From the NCBI GenBank assembly GCA_963665295.1, contig OY762209.1, positions 3,904,001 through 3,968,000 on the forward strand: DNA of 64,000 nt. Direction: 5' to 3'. Positions within the stretch are counted from its first letter, which is position 1. Each line of letters starts with the position of its first letter. Below the pieces are notes generated by a model that worked only from the letters and a program-made list of their open reading frames with translations, was not told the origin of the DNA and did no database searches. Made by a program: the position numbers and the translations under genes. Origin of the DNA: Syntrophorhabdaceae bacterium. Lineage in GTDB: Bacteria; Desulfobacterota; Syntrophorhabdia; Syntrophorhabdales; Syntrophorhabdaceae. This document shows positions 60,099-64,000 of this stretch, one piece after another.

Positions 60099-62267
60099 AT
60101 GAACGAAACACACCTGAATAAGATAGCCATGGAACTTCACCTCACCGCAAAACAGGTGAAGGCTGCCGCACTTCTCATCGAGGAGGGTGCAACAGTACCC
60201 TTTATCGCGCGTTACCGGAAGGAGGTCACCGGCTCCCTGGATGAAGTTGCCATCACATCTATCAGGGACCGCATGGGGCAACTCCACGAGTTGGACAGCA
60301 GGAGGGAGGCCATACTCCGGTCGCTGGATGAAAGGGGCCTCTTGAGCGACGAACTCAAAGAAAAACTTGCCGGCGCCGAAACTATGACGGTTCTGGAGGA
60401 CCTTTATCTTCCATTCCGGCCAAAGCGCCGCACCCGTGCTACTATTGCCCGTGAGAAGGGCCTTGAACCGCTTGCCCTGCGCCTATTCTCCCAGGACCCA
60501 CTGGACCCCGTGAATGCCGACCCCCTGGGTGAGGCGCGCTCTTTTGTAGATCCTGCGAGACAGGTCGATACCCCGGACGAGGCTCTCGCCGGTGCCAGGG
60601 ACATCATGGCGGAGTGGATGAGCGAGGACCCGGAAGCGAGGACCCGGATACGAGTGCTTTTCCTCAAGAGCGCCGTGTTCAAATCAACGGTGGTATCGGG
60701 TCAGGAAATGGAGGGGGTCAAATTCAAAGATTATTACGACTGGGAGGAACCTGTCTGCTCCGCCCCCTCCCATCGCGTCCTCGCTCTGAGAAGAGGAGAG
60801 AAAGAGGGTATGCTCTCTCTCCGGGTGATAGCGCCCGAGGAGGAGGCCGTTGGCCTTCTTGCGGCACAATTCATCAAAGGAAGCGGTCCCGCCTCCCTGC
60901 TGGTCAGGCAAGCCCTCCTGGACGGATACGGACGCCTTCTCTTTCCTTCCATGGAGACCGAAATACGCATGGTGGCCAAGGACCGGGCGGATGAAGAGGC
61001 AATCCGGGTTTTCGCCGATAACCTCCGTGAGCTCCTTCTTGCATCGCCGCTGGGACAGAAGAACCTCCTTGCCATAGATCCGGGTTTCAGGACGGGCTGT
61101 AAGGTCGTCTGTCTTGACCGGCAGGGAAAACTCCTCAAGACCGAGACCATCTACCCTCACAGGTCCCACGAAGAGACCCTCCGCGCGGGTCAAACGATTA
61201 TCGCCCTCTGTGAAGGCTATGAGATTGAGGCCATTGCTGTGGGAAACGGAACGGCGGGGCGTGAAACCCAAGCCTTTCTCGAAAGTCTCGATCTCCCGCA
61301 GTCCATCCCGGTGATAAGCGTCAACGAGAGCGGCGCATCTGTCTATTCCGCCTCCGAGGCGGCACGAGAGGAATTCCCCGACCATGACGTTACGGTTCGG
61401 GGATCCGTGTCCATTGGAAGGAGACTGATGGACCCTCTCGCCGAACTGGTCAAGATCGACCCCAAAGCAATCGGCGTAGGCCAGTACCAGCATGACGTGG
61501 ATCAACATGCCCTGAAGAAGAGCCTCGACGATGTGGTAGTCAGTTGCGTCAACAAGGTTGGCGTAGAGGTCAATACGGCGAGCGCTCAACTGCTCACCTA
61601 CGTATCCGGGTTGGGACCCGGACTTGCCCGGGCCATAGTGCGGTTCCGGGACGAGGAAGGCCCGTTTCCATCAAGGGAAGGTTTACGCAAGGTCCCCCGC
61701 CTCGGCCCGAAGGCTTACGAACAGGCTGCCGGGTTCCTCCGCATAAGGAACGGCCGGAATCCCCTGGATTCAAGCGCCGTCCATCCCGAGAGTTACCCCA
61801 TCGTCGAAGCGATGGCGCGAGATCTCCATTGCTCCGTGGAAACCATGATGGCCTCGGAAGATCTGCGGAAGCGCATAGATCCCGGCCGATATGTATCCCC
61901 ATCGGTGGGCATGCCCACCCTTACCGACATCCTCACGGAACTCGATAAGCCGGGTCGTGACCCGCGAGAGCGCTTCGAACTCTTCTCTTTCGCCGAGGGA
62001 ATTGAAAAGATCGAAGATGTGAAACCCGGAATGAGACTCCCCGGTATTATTACCAACGTCACCGCTTTCGGGGCCTTCGTCGATATCGGCGTCCACCAGG
62101 ACGGTCTTGTCCACATAAGCCGGCTCTCGAACCGCTACGTGAAGAACCCCGGAGACGTAGTAAAAGTCCATCAGAGGGTCATGGTCACGGTCATCGACGT
62201 GCAGACCGACCGCAAGAGGATTTCCCTCTCCATGAAGGATGAGTCGCCCCAAGGCAAAGGGCGCTAG
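60099..62267 (+). CDS. tex: Tex transcription accessory protein (S1 domain)
   Basis: TVPFIARYRKE, DPGFRTGCK, GVGQYQHD, FGAFVDIG. Confidence 0.96.
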   Translation: MNETHLNKIAMELHLTAKQVKAAALLIEEGATVPFIARYRKEVTGSLDEVAITSIRDRMGQLHELDSRREAILRSLDERGLLSDELKEKLAGAETMTVLEDLYLPFRPKRRTRATIAREKGLEPLALRLFSQDPLDPVNADPLGEARSFVDPARQVDTPDEALAGARDIMAEWMSEDPEARTRIRVLFLKSAVFKSTVVSGQEMEGVKFKDYYDWEEPVCSAPSHRVLALRRGEKEGMLSLRVIAPEEEAVGLLAAQFIKGSGPASLLVRQALLDGYGRLLFPSMETEIRMVAKDRADEEAIRVFADNLRELLLASPLGQKNLLAIDPGFRTGCKVVCLDRQGKLLKTETIYPHRSHEETLRAGQTIIALCEGYEIEAIAVGNGTAGRETQAFLESLDLPQSIPVISVNESGASVYSASEAAREEFPDHDVTVRGSVSIGRRLMDPLAELVKIDPKAIGVGQYQHDVDQHALKKSLDDVVVSCVNKVGVEVNTASAQLLTYVSGLGPGLARAIVRFRDEEGPFPSREGLRKVPRLGPKAYEQAAGFLRIRNGRNPLDSSAVHPESYPIVEAMARDLHCSVETMMASEDLRKRIDPGRYVSPSVGMPTLTDILTELDKPGRDPRERFELFSFAEGIEKIEDVKPGMRLPGIITNVTAFGAFVDIGVHQDGLVHISRLSNRYVKNPGDVVKVHQRVMVTVIDVQTDRKRISLSMKDESPQGKGR

Positions 62268-62339
62268 CCATGCCTTCCTGCAGGAACGCTGAAAAAAGAT
62301 CGCCCTATCCCCTTGCGATTATGGTATAATCTGTGCTCT

Positions 62340-62678
62340 ATGGATCAGAGAAAGAAATCAGGAATCATCCTTATAATCATCGGCGTGTGCTTCCCCTTGC
62401 TGGCCCTGCCCTTTGTATCGGGTTATTCCAAAGACAAGGGCATCATCGATAACTTTTACAAAATAGGTATACAGATAAGGGCCGACAAGGAAGGTACCGG
62501 GGGAAACGAACCCATGGTCACGGACCTGTCGAACCTTCATACGAAGAAACTGAACTTTTCCAAGCTTATACCCAAGAGAATACCCCTCAGGTTTTTCCTG
62601 GTTGTTACGCTGATCCTTTTCTATGTAGGGATAGTGCGGGTAACCGTCCCGAGGCGTGGCCCCGACCAGGGGATCTAA
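62340..62678 (+). CDS. Hypothetical two-TM membrane protein
   Basis: Two hydrophobic segments; TGGTATAAT extended -10 9 nt before ATG. Confidence 0.65.
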   Translation: MDQRKKSGIILIIIGVCFPLLALPFVSGYSKDKGIIDNFYKIGIQIRADKEGTGGNEPMVTDLSNLHTKKLNFSKLIPKRIPLRFFLVVTLILFYVGIVRVTVPRRGPDQGI

Positions 62679-63081
62679 GACCACGTTTGACCGACAAGGC
62701 CTGAGGGTATTCCGGTAAAGCCACCCCTGCACTTCTTCGCCCATACCCATGAAGCCACAAGGTCCCATCTCAGCGGCAGAACCGGCAGCGGATGAATATA
62801 CACCCTCCGACTCCTGCGTAATGCGTCCTTTGGCCCTCCGCGTACTTCATGCTGTATATTGACATACAGCCGACAGGGCGGTGTTGGTCCCTCTCACGCT
62901 ACATGCCCAGGGCCGCATTTCGCCACTATTCGACCCACCCGCAGACAGCCTTTCTTGATCGGCGCTGAGTTGATCCTTAAGGAATACACGTACGGCGCCG
63001 GCCGGGCCCGCCACGGGAACTATGACCATGCACCATCGAGTTGTGGCGCACCCCCTCCCACACGGCGTTGGCCCTGGAAGA

Positions 63082-63127
63082 GAAGAAAGACCAAGGCCCT
63101 TTCCGATCCAACGGAAGGGGCCTTGGT
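63082..63127 (-). terminator. Terminator after decarboxylase operon
   Basis: Long stem ACCAAGGCCCTTTCCG/CGGAAGGGGCCTTGGT followed by pyrimidine run on minus strand. Confidence 0.65.
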
Positions 63128-63155
63128 TAGTTGATAAGTCTTTCGGCAGTTGTTC

Positions 63156-63641
63156 TTAGGCTTTTGCCTTTCCTTTTTCAGGGAAGAATTTCTTCATGCA
63201 AAAGCTGTTGATATTCAAGAATACCCACAGGATACAAAGGACAAGGAATACGCCCGCGAACCGGATAAGCAGGGTACTCATAACCCACGTCATGTTGTCT
63301 CTCACGATCTTGACGGTAGTCTTGTCTCCACCCATCTTCGAAATACCAATGGAGTGCCAATTGGCGCCGCCCTGATCCTCGATGTACAACTGGTCTTTCC
63401 AATCCCGAAACTTTTCATCCGGGTAGGTTTTCATGGACTCCGTATACCATGCAGCTACCTTGTCAAAGGGTAGGTTGTACTCTATGGTCGTAGTCGTCCC
63501 TTCCGTCGTCAGGACCGTGCCGCCCGGCATCACCGGGGCGCCCCATGGAGCTTCGCCGTTCGCCCACGCGTGTACAGAAGCGGGCATAAGGACCATTCCA
63601 ACCATCACACTCATAATTACTGCAAATATCGCCTTTTTCAT
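63156..63641 (-). CDS. OadG/GcdD-like decarboxylase subunit with extra N-terminal exported domain
   Basis: Signal peptide, then C-terminal FAGVFLVLCILW TM; directly after beta subunit; GGAGGT RBS. Confidence 0.6.
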   Translation of the reverse strand: MKKAIFAVIMSVMVGMVLMPASVHAWANGEAPWGAPVMPGGTVLTTEGTTTTIEYNLPFDKVAAWYTESMKTYPDEKFRDWKDQLYIEDQGGANWHSIGISKMGGDKTTVKIVRDNMTWVMSTLLIRFAGVFLVLCILWVFLNINSFCMKKFFPEKGKAKA

Positions 63642-63658
63642 CTGTTATACCTCCCTCA

Positions 63659-64000
63659 TTACTCAAACATGGATATGAGCATGCCTGCCGCAGCCGGAGA
63701 TCCGATGGACCCGGCGAGACACGCAGCCATAGCATGCATGAGCAGGTAGTTCTTCTTGTCGTACTGCTGTCCGATAACCTGAGAAAGTCTCGGCGCCATC
63801 GGGAGGGCAGAAACACCTGCGTTGCCTATAAGGGGGTTAATCTTTTCCTTTGCAATCATGTTGATGACTTTTACGGTCAGGATGCCGCCGGCCGTACACA
63901 CGATAAAGTCAACGAGACCGAGAACGAAAACGAGCAACGGTTTGTAAGTAAGGAAGACATGAGCCTGCATGGATGCGCCCACGCTGAGGCCGAGGAATAT
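63659..64000 (-). CDS. oadB: Na+-translocating decarboxylase beta subunit (OadB/GcdB), 5' truncated
   Basis: IFLGLSVG, INPLIGNAGVSALPMAPR, LLMHAM. Confidence 0.88.
   Translation of the reverse strand: MFLGLSVGASMQAHVFLTYKPLLVFVLGLVDFIVCTAGGILTVKVINMIAKEKINPLIGNAGVSALPMAPRLSQVIGQQYDKKNYLLMHAMAACLAGSIGSPAAAGMLISMFE

Overview
Gene-dense chromosomal window of an anaerobic diderm bacterium. Gene content and order look Desulfobacterota/Syntrophorhabdus-like (inference, not verified). Left to right: partial purD and leuB; a Fis-type HTH gene; a heavy-metal RND efflux operon preceded by a short ORF ending in an RGPP arrest-peptide-like motif; rluB; and a ~28 kb type IVa pilus locus on the minus strand (pilA, pilD, pilY1, fimU/pilV/W/X, Ig lipoprotein ... 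pilMNOPQ, FlgT/FlgO-like gene). The pilus locus contains a glycan pathway (O-ligase/OTase-like, wzm/wzt, three GT2, WbaP-like, GalT-like). That pathway is itself interrupted by an oppositely oriented three-gene module: DUF4388-wHTH, a Cache-HAMP sensor with no output domain, and a tandem DUF4388-like protein. A shared GTGAC-N4-GTCA(C/T)TGA box abuts the -35 element of the predicted pilA, galT-pilM and DUF4388-module promoters. The rest: orphan dppD/dppF, guaB-guaA-dnaE-accA-pgi, CorC/HlyC, a 1382-aa CoA-activase fusion, acyP-sirC-ccsA-hemA-hemC, ribF, tRNA-Leu(CAG), a flavin reductase, tex, and part of a Na+-translocating decarboxylase operon. No CRISPR array, IS element or prophage was seen. 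All family assignments come from motif recognition by eye.
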